From an uncultured bacterium (GTDB taxonomy: Bacteria > Krumholzibacteriota > Krumholzibacteriia > LZORAL124-64-63), in the NCBI GenBank assembly GCA_963727525.1, contig CAVSGO010000005.1, positions 160,001 to 224,000 of the forward strand: 64,000 nt of DNA, in the 5' to 3' direction. The stretch's first letter is position 1. The number at the start of each line of letters is the position of its first letter. The notes under the pieces were generated by a model, which did not search any database, was not told where the DNA came from, and worked only from the letters and a program-made list of their open reading frames with translations. The position numbers and the translations under genes were made by a program. Below, one piece after another: positions 9,599 to 18,476 of this stretch.

Positions 9599-10282
9599 GT
9601 GGACCACTTCTTCGGAGCCGTCATCACCGGCGACGTGAACGCCTCGTCGCGCCTGCCCAGCGAGCAGGCCCGCCGGCTCGCATCCCTGCTCGAGTCCTGC
9701 TTCACGGAAACCGCCACCGCTTTACCTGCGGCCGAACTCACGGCCTTCACGGGTTTCCGCGGCGATGGATGGCAGTTCGCATTGCGCCGACCGGAGTTCG
9801 CGATGCGCGCGGCCCTGCACTTCCGCGGTCGCTTGCTCGTACGCAGCTGGGAAGAGTTCGCACGGCGCCTTCACAGCTCGGCCGCCGTCGGCTTCGGGAC
9901 CATCGAATACCTTCCCGACGAGACGACCACATCCGGCGGTGGCGAGGCGTACGAGCGGTCGGGGCATCGGCTCGACCGGATGCACAAGCGCATGCCCGGC
10001 ATGGGCGTGGCCGCGAGCGACGCGTTCGATGCCGCATGCCTCGACGCCCTGCTCGGCGTGGTCGACGCCCTGGTCAGGCAGTGGACCGTCCATCAGGCGG
10101 CCGCTGTGTCGCTCGCGATGCAGGGATGGTCGCAGACCGAGATCGCACAGTCCTGGGATCCAACGGTGAGCCAGCAGGCGATCCACAAGCACCTTGCGGG
10201 GGCGGGCTGGCCAGCGCTCGAGCCCGCCCTGAATTGGGAAGAAACAACCTTGAAGGGCTGTTTTAGCAAAAACAACCTTTAA
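9599..10282 (+). CDS. SatD-family protein (palm/cyclase-like N-terminal domain plus C-terminal HTH)
   Basis: GAGGAG RBS, GTG start; AVITGDVNASS, FRGDGWQ, GEAYERSG, W-T-x-x-Q and SQTEIAQ...VSQQAIHKHLAGAGW; adjacent DUF3307 gene fits the usual pairing. Confidence 0.75.
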   Translation: MDHFFGAVITGDVNASSRLPSEQARRLASLLESCFTETATALPAAELTAFTGFRGDGWQFALRRPEFAMRAALHFRGRLLVRSWEEFARRLHSSAAVGFGTIEYLPDETTTSGGGEAYERSGHRLDRMHKRMPGMGVAASDAFDAACLDALLGVVDALVRQWTVHQAAAVSLAMQGWSQTEIAQSWDPTVSQQAIHKHLAGAGWPALEPALNWEETTLKGCFSKNNL

Positions 10283-10289
10283 GGGATGT
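10244..10289. promoter_or_regulatory. Second tandem operator pair overlapping the satD stop, upstream of the DUF3307 gene
   Basis: ACAACCTTGAAGGGCTGT (10244-10261) and ACAACCTTTAAGGGATGT (10272-10289); same 28-bp period as the upstream pair. Confidence 0.65.
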
Positions 10290-10303
10290 TTTTAGGAGGA
10301 ACC

Positions 10304-11128
10304 GTGTTCGACCCCACGACCCTCGCCGCCCTGGTCACGGGCCACCTGCTCGGGGACTTCGTGCTGCAGACCGACGCCCTCGCCGAGCTCAAGACCCGCA
10401 GCACGGGCTGGCTGGTCCTGCATGTGGCCGTGGTCAGTGCGGTCACGGGACTGCTGCTGGGCACGGTCGCGGCCTGGCCGTTAGTGGCCGCGCTCTTCAT
10501 GCTGCACCTCGTCATCGATCTCACCAAACGGCAATGGGGACCCGCCGGGGGCGAGAGCCGTCGTGCCGGCAATCCCGTCGCCGGCGTCGACGGCGCCCGA
10601 TACGTGCCCGGTGACGAAGCACGGCACGAAGACTCGCGCGGTTTCGCGTGGTTTGTGGCCGATCAGTTCCTGCACCTCGCCGCCCTGATCGCACTCGCGT
10701 GGGCGGCCGACGCCTTCCTGCCCGGCCTCGCGGCGCTCAACGCATGGACGCTCCAGTGGGGTGGCGGCTACACCCGCGCTCTGATCCTGGTGTCCGGCTT
10801 CGCCGCCACCGTCTGGACCCTGGGCGTGGTGTTGCGGTACCAGATGGCGGAGTTCGCCGCCGGCCTGCCCGACGAGATGGTCGGCGGACTGCCCCGCGCC
10901 GGCCGCACCGTCGGTCGCCTGGAACGCATGCTGATTTTCGTCTTCGTGCTACTCGGCCGTCCCGAGGCCGTGGGATTCGTGGTGGCGGCCAAGTCTGTGT
11001 TCCGCATCGGCGACCTCACCCGACCGGCCCAGCGCGACCATGCCGAGTACATCATGATCGGCACCCTGCGCAGCTTCGCCTACGCCCTGATCCTCGCCCT
11101 CGCAACCCGCTGGCTCGCCTTCCTCTAA
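10304..11128 (+). CDS. DUF3307 membrane protein
   Basis: AGGAGG RBS before GTG 10304; GHLLGDFVLQT, LHLVID, DQFLH, G-x-LER, AAKSVFR, EYIMIGTL. Confidence 0.85.
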   Translation: MFDPTTLAALVTGHLLGDFVLQTDALAELKTRSTGWLVLHVAVVSAVTGLLLGTVAAWPLVAALFMLHLVIDLTKRQWGPAGGESRRAGNPVAGVDGARYVPGDEARHEDSRGFAWFVADQFLHLAALIALAWAADAFLPGLAALNAWTLQWGGGYTRALILVSGFAATVWTLGVVLRYQMAEFAAGLPDEMVGGLPRAGRTVGRLERMLIFVFVLLGRPEAVGFVVAAKSVFRIGDLTRPAQRDHAEYIMIGTLRSFAYALILALATRWLAFL

Positions 11129-11265
11129 GCTCGCGGAGTTCGACGGCCCGGTCCTTGCGGAAGTCTCGACCGGGTTTCCGGCCGTCCCGCGCGACGTCCC
11201 GGCCCCTCATCCAACGCGTTGCCGGGCATGGCCTTGCCACGGCCCCCCGGACCGGAAGGACATCC

Positions 11266-12198
11266 GTGAGCTACGCCCACGCTCGATATGCCCAGTCACT
11301 GGCTGATTTCGGATCACCCCGACGTCTGCCCGCGTGTGATGGCTGGGTCCTCGAGCGGACGATCCCCGGCCCCGGCGGCCGGCGGGACGCGACAGGCTGC
11401 TACCCGCTCTTCCGCTGCGCCGACTGGGGAGGTCTGCCCGACGATCTCGCGGCGTTGCGCCAGGATGGGATCGTCAGCCTCGTGCTCGTGGCCGATCCCC
11501 TGGGCGGCGCGCCGCCTGGAGGATTCGCCACCCACTTTCCCGATCTCGCCCGGCCGTGGAAGACTCACTACCTCGTGGACCTGCGCGGCGATCCCGCCGC
11601 GCTGGGTTCGGTCCACCATCGCCGCAACGCGCGTCGCGTCCTGCACCATGTCACGGTGGAGGCGTGCGGCGATCCGCCAGCACACCTCGACATATGGTGC
11701 GCCCTCTACGACGAACTCATCCGGCGCCACGAGATCCGCGGTACCGCGCGCTTCTCCCGCGACGCCTTCGCTGCGCAGCTCGCCCTACCCGGCGCCGTGT
11801 TGTTGCGGGCCGTCACCGCCGACGGGGCGACGGTCGGCATGCAGCTCTGGTTGACGGCGGGCGAGGTCGCCTGGCACCACCTTTCAGGCTACGCGCCCGC
11901 AGGCTACCACTGGGGAGGCGCGTCGTATGCCCTGATGCAAGCCGCGCTCGTGCACCTCGCTGACCGTGGTGTACGCCTCGTCGACCTCGGCGCCGGCGCC
12001 GGCCTGGCCAGCGACCCCCAAGACGGACTGACGGCTTTCAAGGCGGGTTGGTCCAACGGTACCCGACCGACCTGGCTGTGCGGCGTCGTGCTGGACCGTG
12101 GAGCCTACGCCGCCCTCACCGCCGGCCGTGCCGGCGACTATTTTCCGCTCTATCGCGTCCCATCGCGTCCGGAGGTCTCCCATGCTCACGTTGGGTGA
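11266..12198 (+). CDS. GNAT (FemAB/Acetyltransf_6-like) N-acyltransferase
   Basis: GAAGGA before GTG 11266; GCYPLF, HHRRNARR, WHHLSG, ASYALM, DLGAGAG...DGLTAFKAGW; overlaps the downstream aminotransferase start. Confidence 0.75.
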   Translation: MSYAHARYAQSLADFGSPRRLPACDGWVLERTIPGPGGRRDATGCYPLFRCADWGGLPDDLAALRQDGIVSLVLVADPLGGAPPGGFATHFPDLARPWKTHYLVDLRGDPAALGSVHHRRNARRVLHHVTVEACGDPPAHLDIWCALYDELIRRHEIRGTARFSRDAFAAQLALPGAVLLRAVTADGATVGMQLWLTAGEVAWHHLSGYAPAGYHWGGASYALMQAALVHLADRGVRLVDLGAGAGLASDPQDGLTAFKAGWSNGTRPTWLCGVVLDRGAYAALTAGRAGDYFPLYRVPSRPEVSHAHVG

Positions 12199-13438
12199 TC
12201 CCGGTGCTCTCGCCGTCGCCACCGTCGCGGTGGCGCCCCGTCGCCTCGCGGTGCTGGGCGGCGAGCCGGCGTTCGCCACGCCCCTGCACGTGGGCGCCCC
12301 GAACATCGGCGACCGTGCCGCGTTGCTGCGGCGGCTGGACACCCTCTTCGTGAGCCGGCGTCTGTCCAACAACGGACCGTTCGTGCGGGAATTCGAGGCG
12401 CGCGTGGCCGCGCTGGCCGGCGTGAAGCACGCCATCGCCATGTGCAACGGCACGGTGGCGCTGGAGATCGGCGCACGGGCCCTGAACCTGTCGGGCGAGG
12501 TGATCGTGCCGGCCTTCACCTTCGTGGCCACGGCCCACGCTCTCGCATGGCAGGGCATCACACCGGTGTTCTGCGACATCGATCCCGACACGCACGCCAT
12601 CGATCCCGACCAGATCGAGGCTCTCGTCACGCCGCGCACCACGGGCATCCTCGCCGTGCACCTGTGGGGGCGCCCTGCCCCTACGGCGCGGTTGCGGGCC
12701 GTTGCCGACCGTCATGGCCTCGCGCTCATGTTCGACGCGGCCCACGCCTTCGGATGCAGCCACGAGGGACACATGATCGGGGGCTTCGGCGACCTGGAGG
12801 TCTTCAGCTTCCACGCCACCAAGTTCCTCAACACGGCCGAGGGTGGCGCCGTGGTCACCAACGACGACCGCGTCGCCGAGCGCGTGCGCCTGATGCACAA
12901 CTTCGGATTCACGGGACTCGACACGGTGGAGGCCCTCGGCGTGAACGGAAAGATGAACGAGCTATCGGCCGCCGTGGGTCTGACATCCCTCGACCACATG
13001 GACGCGTGGATCGCGATCAACCAGCGCAACAAGGCGCTGTGGGCCGAAGCGCTCGAGCCGCTGCCGGGCATCACGCTCCTGCAGTGGGGCGAGCACGAGC
13101 ACCGCAACGATCAGTACGTGGTGTGCGAGGTGGACGCCGCCGCCGCGGGCCTGACGCGCGATGACCTCGTGACGGCATTGCGCGCGGAGAACCTGCTCGC
13201 CCGCCGCTATTTCTACCCCGGCTGCCACCGCATGGAACCGTACCGATCGCAGCCGCCAGCCGGTGGCTGGCACCTACCGGCCACCGAAGGGGTGGCCTCG
13301 CGGGTGATGGTGCTGCCCACGGGAACCACCGTCACGCCCGAGTCCATCGCGCGCGCGGGTCGGCTCATGGGCGAGATCGTCGCGCAAGCATCGGACGTGA
13401 CGGCCGCCGTGGCGGCGACGGAAACGATGAACGCCTAG
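12182..13438 (+). CDS. DegT/DnrJ/EryC1/StrS PLP sugar aminotransferase
   Basis: GGAGG RBS; NGTVAL, PAFTFVAT, FDAAHAFG, FSFHATK, EGGA, NGKMNE, RRYFYPGCH. Confidence 0.92.
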   Translation: MLTLGDPGALAVATVAVAPRRLAVLGGEPAFATPLHVGAPNIGDRAALLRRLDTLFVSRRLSNNGPFVREFEARVAALAGVKHAIAMCNGTVALEIGARALNLSGEVIVPAFTFVATAHALAWQGITPVFCDIDPDTHAIDPDQIEALVTPRTTGILAVHLWGRPAPTARLRAVADRHGLALMFDAAHAFGCSHEGHMIGGFGDLEVFSFHATKFLNTAEGGAVVTNDDRVAERVRLMHNFGFTGLDTVEALGVNGKMNELSAAVGLTSLDHMDAWIAINQRNKALWAEALEPLPGITLLQWGEHEHRNDQYVVCEVDAAAAGLTRDDLVTALRAENLLARRYFYPGCHRMEPYRSQPPAGGWHLPATEGVASRVMVLPTGTTVTPESIARAGRLMGEIVAQASDVTAAVAATETMNA

Positions 13439-14463
13439 GCGTGGACGACGCCCCGATGGGCGACCGCCTGCCACGGTCGCGCCGCGATGCGCGCGAGGAC
13501 CGCGGCGCGCTCGGCACGGATCTGCTTTTCCGCGGCGGGCACATCGGCCCAGCCCGGCTTGTCGGCGCGCTCGCGCGGCAGCAGTTCGGCCTCCAGCTCG
13601 GCCGTGGTGCGCGGGTCGTCGGTCTCGCACTCATAGCCGAACACGGCCATCGCCGGACCGCAGAGCCGCTCCACGTAGGCTGCCTCGGTAGCGTCGAGAC
13701 CGCGCTTCCATTTGCCGAAGTTGGACGCCATGACGGGCCGATCCACGTTCTTCCAGTCGTCGCTTCGGCCGGCCGCATCTTTCGCGGCAGCCGTGGTGTG
13801 GAATGCGAGCATGGCCCGATCCATGGGCAAGTCCACGGCCGCGCATGCGGCGGCGAGCTGGCTCTCAGGGTCAGCCACGAGATCCTCGTAGCGCAGCAGA
13901 TGGATGTCGCGGCCCGGATCGAGGTAGCCGAGCACCTGGATGAGCTGCTCCTGGTCTTCCTGCCACACCCGCGCCGCCCGCACGACGTCGCCCCGCAGGA
14001 TGGGCGAGCGCTTCCAGGACAGGGCCATGTCGCGCGGGTCGCGCACCATGGCCACGATCCTCAGACCAGGGAAAGCCTTCTGGACGAAGGGCAGGTAGCG
14101 GTAGAGGTGGTTCTCCTTGAGGAAGAGGCGGCTCTTGCCGGCAAACTTTGCCTCTGCCGAGAAGACCGTACGTACCAGGGCAGCGAGGCTGTGGCGCGGC
14201 GTGGCGGCGGCCAGATCCTCCGCGCTCCACGCGCACTGCCAGGCACCCACCCTGGTGGCCAGGATATCGGCTGCATCGCGACACAGTGTGCGCCAGGCGT
14301 CATCGTCGGCGAGGTTGCCGTAGCGTGGCCGGTTCTCGGCCAGGATGCGCAGGAGATGGGTGGGTGACGGCCCGCAACAATCGGGGTGCGCATCGAACAT
14401 CCGGGTGATCAGGTTCGAGCCCGATCGCTCCGAGCATATGAGAAAGATGACATCCGGAGTCAC
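13435..14463 (-). CDS. Sulfotransferase family protein
   Basis: GGGAG before GTG 14463; 5'-PSB-like ICSERSGSNL, 3'-PB MVRDPRDMALSW, RYEDLV. Confidence 0.85.
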   Translation of the reverse strand: MTPDVIFLICSERSGSNLITRMFDAHPDCCGPSPTHLLRILAENRPRYGNLADDDAWRTLCRDAADILATRVGAWQCAWSAEDLAAATPRHSLAALVRTVFSAEAKFAGKSRLFLKENHLYRYLPFVQKAFPGLRIVAMVRDPRDMALSWKRSPILRGDVVRAARVWQEDQEQLIQVLGYLDPGRDIHLLRYEDLVADPESQLAAACAAVDLPMDRAMLAFHTTAAAKDAAGRSDDWKNVDRPVMASNFGKWKRGLDATEAAYVERLCGPAMAVFGYECETDDPRTTAELEAELLPRERADKPGWADVPAAEKQIRAERAAVLARIAARPWQAVAHRGVVHA

Positions 14464-14651
14464 GGCAATCTCCCGAGTGGGGTTCCCCAAGGCGGCTCGG
14501 CGACCGACGGCCGCCTCGCCCCGTGCAATGTGGCGGTGCAATGCCCGTTCCATTTCCGCGGCTCTGGGCGCCGGCCGGCTGGACATCGTCCTGGACGAAA
14601 CGTACGATGGTGACGAAAGACGGGGCCCGCAGCATCGAGAAGGGATCCTGG

Positions 14652-15041
14652 ATGCCCATCAACTTCCGCTACGACGCCTCGCGCCAGCTCGTGATCCATG
14701 TCGGCTCCGGCCCGGTGAGCCTGGCCGATATCGAGAACCTGCGCGCCCGACGCCGTCAGGCCGGAGTCCCCGCTGCCGTCCCCCACACCCTCACCGACAT
14801 GCGCCACGCGTATTTCAGCTTCGACACCGCCGCCCTCAAGGCCCACGAACAGGGGTTGCCCAAGGACGAATACGCCGGCTTCCGCCAGGCCGAGATCACC
14901 ACCGACCCCAAGACGACCGCCATCCTCATGATCTGGCGCAACTGGCTCCCCCGCGGCGTCAGCGTGGAGATCTTTTCCACGCCCGCGGCCGCCTACTGGT
15001 GGCTGGACGTCGAGCCTCACGCCGGGGATCTCGATCCGTGA
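14652..15041 (+). CDS. Small hypothetical protein, possibly SpoIIAA/STAS-like
   Basis: Pattern VIHVGSGPVS...LTDMR...EIFSTPAAAYWWL resembles STAS/SEC14-like small proteins. Confidence 0.5.
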   Translation: MPINFRYDASRQLVIHVGSGPVSLADIENLRARRRQAGVPAAVPHTLTDMRHAYFSFDTAALKAHEQGLPKDEYAGFRQAEITTDPKTTAILMIWRNWLPRGVSVEIFSTPAAAYWWLDVEPHAGDLDP

Positions 15042-15149
15042 GAGGCTCCGGCCGCCCCCGAGGAGCGGCCGCACCATGGCCCAGATCGATTTCAACAACG
15101 TGACCTTGGTCATCGTGCGCCGCTCGCGGGTCCAGGCGCAGACGGATGC

Positions 15150-17414
15150 CTACATCGCCCACGCCACCCGCAACGAGATGTCGCGGCCAGGATCCAGGGC
15201 GAAAGTCTTGTAGCGGCTCAGGAAGTCGCGGTAGGCGTGGTCGAGGAGATTGGCCACACGCAGGTCGAGACGCAGCGGGCGACCGGCGAACGTGCGTGTG
15301 ATGCCGGCCTCGAGGTGTAGGAGCACGTAGCCGGGCACAGGGACGTCGAACATCCCGAGGCGGGTCTGGCGACCGACGAGCTCGGTGACGAGACTGATGC
15401 GCGGTTGCGACGGGGCCAGGACGCGCCACGTCACGCCTACCCTTCCGCGCCGCGGTGGCATCAAGGGCAGCGGCGCGCCACTGTCGCGGTAAGAGCCACG
15501 CACGAGGTCGGCGCTGGCGTTCACGGCGACCGCGGATGTGGCCTGCACGCCGAACGTGACCTCCGCGCCGGTGAGAACGGCATCGGCTTGCTGGGCCCGG
15601 TAGTCGGCCAGGCCACCGGTGGAATCACCAGTGGCGGCCACGTGGATGAAGTCGTCGACGAGGTTGCGATACACCGACGCCTCGGCGTGGACACGCGCGA
15701 AGCGGCAGCGCACGCTGGCCTCGAGATCGAGGCTCTTCTCCGTCGTCAGTTCCGGATTGCCGTGCTCGTAGATCAGGTCGCCGATACGCGGACCGTTGGC
15801 GAACAGCTCAAAGGCGCTGGGGGCGCGCCATGCCCGGCCCACGTTGGCGGCGAGCGCCACCGAGGGTGCCACCCGGTAGACGGCGCCCAGGTCGCCCGTC
15901 ACGGCGCGGTAGGTGCGGGTCTCGTCGGCGTTGCCGACGCTGTCGTTCGCGTCAGCGTGGAGGCGTCGCGTGTCGCCGCGCGCGCCCGCCAGCAGGCTCC
16001 AGCGGCCGAGCGCGAGTTCTTCGGTGGCGAACGCCGCGCCCCACCGCACGTCGGTGTCGGGCACCAGTACCACCGGGCCACGCGAGTCGCCGTTCTGCAG
16101 CGCCCCGCTCAGGCCGAGAGTGCCGCGCAGCGATCCGCCGGCGTCGTGGTGGCCGAGCAGGTCGACCGTGGTCGTCATCAGCAGGAGATCGAAGGCGGTG
16201 GCTTCCTTTCTCTCCGCCTTGGCGGCCGGGAACTCGTCCGACAGCTCGATCAGCGAGTGACGCTGCCACTGCGTGCGCGCTTCCCACCGCCAGGCTCCGC
16301 GCTGCAGGCTGCCATCGAGTTGCACGCGGTCGTCCGCCACCATGCGCTCCGGACCCTCCTCCTGGGCGTCGTTGCCCGTGTCCATGGTCGGGCCGCCCGC
16401 CTCGAGCAGCTTGTACTCGCCCGCATAGCGCGCGTAGCGCAGGCTGGCCTGGCTATCGGCGCGCCAGAGGCCGATGGCACCCTCGCCGTTGAAGGCGCTG
16501 AAGCCCGTGTTGGGGATCTCGCCGGTCGGCGTGTGCATGTCGTCGGCGTGGCGGCCGATGCCCGCCAGGCGCCAGCCCAGGTTCTCGCGCGCACCCTCGA
16601 CGCGCACGCCGGCCCCCACCTCGGCGTTGGCGCTGCCCAGCGAGAGCTGGGCGCCCACGCGGGTGAACGGTGCCCTGCCGCGCGCGCGCGGCAGGGGTTC
16701 GGGGATGGCGTTGATCACGCCACCCAGCGCGTCGGACCCGTAGAGTACGCTGGCGGGGCCACGGATCACCTCGACACGCTGCGCGAGCGCGGCGTCGACG
16801 GGCGGACCGTCCTCGTCGCTCCAGGAGTAATCCTCGAGGCGATGCCCGTCATCGAGCACGAGCACCCGCGCCCCGGTGAGTCCGCGTACCACCGGCTTGC
16901 CGATCTGCTGCCCGGTGTCCAGGGACCGCACGCCGGCTACGTCGTCGATGGCCCGCGCCAGCGACACGCCGGGTTCGCGCCGCATCTGCTGAGGATCCAC
17001 TTCGGCGTACGGCAGCGGCGTGGTGAACGGATCGTGCAGGGTGCGCGTGGCGGTCACGGTGACGGCCGGCGAGGCGAAGGGCGTGGCTTGCAGCACGACG
17101 GTGAGCGGTCCGGGCGCCGGCACCTGCACCGTGGTCATCACGGCGCCGTACCCGGTGTGCCGCACGAGCAGCACGCAGCGGCCAGTCGGCACGTCGGCGA
17201 TGGTGAAGCCCCCCGATTCATCCGTGGTGGTCCGCAGACTCAGCCGGGGCGCGATCACGGTGGCGTCCGCGATCGGTGCGCCCTGCGCGTCGGTGACGGT
17301 GCCGGTGAGGAGCGCCAGAGAACCGGGTTCCGGAGAGCCCGGCGCAGAGAATCCTCGACCCACGATGCCGAACAGACCGACGAGAAACAACCCGATGACG
17401 ATGATGCGCGACAC
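15150..17414 (-). CDS. TonB-dependent outer-membrane receptor with N-terminal carboxypeptidase-regulatory-like domain
   Basis: AGGAGG before GTG 17414; TGTVTDAQGAPIADATV; VTVTATR; KPVVRG; RVEVIRGPASVLYGSDALGGVIN; PGRDISLRVAW C-terminal strand. Confidence 0.92.
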   Translation of the reverse strand: MSRIIVIGLFLVGLFGIVGRGFSAPGSPEPGSLALLTGTVTDAQGAPIADATVIAPRLSLRTTTDESGGFTIADVPTGRCVLLVRHTGYGAVMTTVQVPAPGPLTVVLQATPFASPAVTVTATRTLHDPFTTPLPYAEVDPQQMRREPGVSLARAIDDVAGVRSLDTGQQIGKPVVRGLTGARVLVLDDGHRLEDYSWSDEDGPPVDAALAQRVEVIRGPASVLYGSDALGGVINAIPEPLPRARGRAPFTRVGAQLSLGSANAEVGAGVRVEGARENLGWRLAGIGRHADDMHTPTGEIPNTGFSAFNGEGAIGLWRADSQASLRYARYAGEYKLLEAGGPTMDTGNDAQEEGPERMVADDRVQLDGSLQRGAWRWEARTQWQRHSLIELSDEFPAAKAERKEATAFDLLLMTTTVDLLGHHDAGGSLRGTLGLSGALQNGDSRGPVVLVPDTDVRWGAAFATEELALGRWSLLAGARGDTRRLHADANDSVGNADETRTYRAVTGDLGAVYRVAPSVALAANVGRAWRAPSAFELFANGPRIGDLIYEHGNPELTTEKSLDLEASVRCRFARVHAEASVYRNLVDDFIHVAATGDSTGGLADYRAQQADAVLTGAEVTFGVQATSAVAVNASADLVRGSYRDSGAPLPLMPPRRGRVGVTWRVLAPSQPRISLVTELVGRQTRLGMFDVPVPGYVLLHLEAGITRTFAGRPLRLDLRVANLLDHAYRDFLSRYKTFALDPGRDISLRVAWAM

Positions 17415-17531
17415 GGTGCATCCTCCTGCACGTCGGGGCGATATGCGGACGCGGCCACGAAAGTAGATCGCGGCGGCGGCGCAATCAAGAAAACGTGAGG
17501 TCAGGCGCACTCGCGCGGTTCTGGACCGCGG

Positions 17532-18476
17532 CTAGTCGCGCGTAAGAGCGAGATCGTCCACCTGCAGCACCACGGTGTCGGCAGGTGACGCCACGTAGAA
17601 CAGCAGCCCGTGCATCATTGCCAGTTCGAGCGGGCGGTCCCCGTGGTGCGTGCGCAGCGATGGCAGATCGATCGCGAACCGTTGCCACTGCCGGCCCGTC
17701 CGCACGCGCCGAAATGCGAAGTCGTGGTCCTCGTGATAGCTGTCGTCGTCGAGCCGGACCATCACGTTCACACTGTCGGTGGGCGCCTGCATCACACGCA
17801 CCGCGCCCGTGAGCCGCGGGTAGCCCGACCAGTCGCGTGGGAAGCCGCGCATCTGCACGCCCGGATACGGGATGGGCGGCAGCACCGCGCGCAGCACGCG
17901 GCCGTGCGCAGGATCACCACTGTTCACCACCTGCATCGCGGCCCCGTTGCTCGGGCCCCACAGGGCGCCGGCGTGGGCGTCGTGAAAGTCGGCCAGGCGC
18001 GGAAACTCCTGCCGCGACACCGCCTGCGCGAGCAGGAGGCGCGGGATGAACCGCAATTGCCAGGGCACCAGCAGCGCCAGCGCGATCCCGGCCGCCAGCG
18101 CGATCCAGGAGCGCCAGCGGCGATACACGAGCCAGCAGCCGGCGATGCCGATCCCGACGAGATCGAGGCTGAAGTCGCGCCAGCGCGCGCTGCGGCTGGT
18201 GAGGAGCTGAAGGAACTCGATGCCCCCGCCCAGCAGCATCGCCAGGATCACGCCCAGGACGATGGCCCGTACCGGTCCGCAGCGCCGCGCGGCCAGATAG
18301 GCGAAGACCAGCGTGGCCAGGCCGAGCAGAACCACATGCACGCGGTCGCCGAGGGCGGCGATCACGAGGTTGCGCTCGAGCACCCGCGGAATGGGGACCA
18401 GAAAGACGGCGAGAAAGACCGCTGCGACGAGCAGCCACCAGGGCCGCGGCCGCAACGGGGATCGAGGTTCAGCCAT
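17532..18476 (-). CDS. VanZ-like membrane protein with C-terminal carbohydrate-binding-like beta-sandwich
   Basis: D-x-x-H, GGGIEFLQLLTSRSARWRDFSLDLVG (VanZ-like); C-terminal PRDWSGY...VRLDD...VDDLAL. Confidence 0.65.
   Translation of the reverse strand: MAEPRSPLRPRPWWLLVAAVFLAVFLVPIPRVLERNLVIAALGDRVHVVLLGLATLVFAYLAARRCGPVRAIVLGVILAMLLGGGIEFLQLLTSRSARWRDFSLDLVGIGIAGCWLVYRRWRSWIALAAGIALALLVPWQLRFIPRLLLAQAVSRQEFPRLADFHDAHAGALWGPSNGAAMQVVNSGDPAHGRVLRAVLPPIPYPGVQMRGFPRDWSGYPRLTGAVRVMQAPTDSVNVMVRLDDDSYHEDHDFAFRRVRTGRQWQRFAIDLPSLRTHHGDRPLELAMMHGLLFYVASPADTVVLQVDDLALTRD

Noticed and set aside
9505-10289. Repeats around satD considered as a mini-CRISPR
   Set aside because: Only 10-nt gaps within pairs, degenerate 18-bp units and no cas genes; operator-like instead.
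17415-17531. Possible cobalamin riboswitch or Fur/Zur box upstream of the TonB receptor
   Set aside because: The gap is too short for the riboswitch and I found no B12-box or convincing palindrome.
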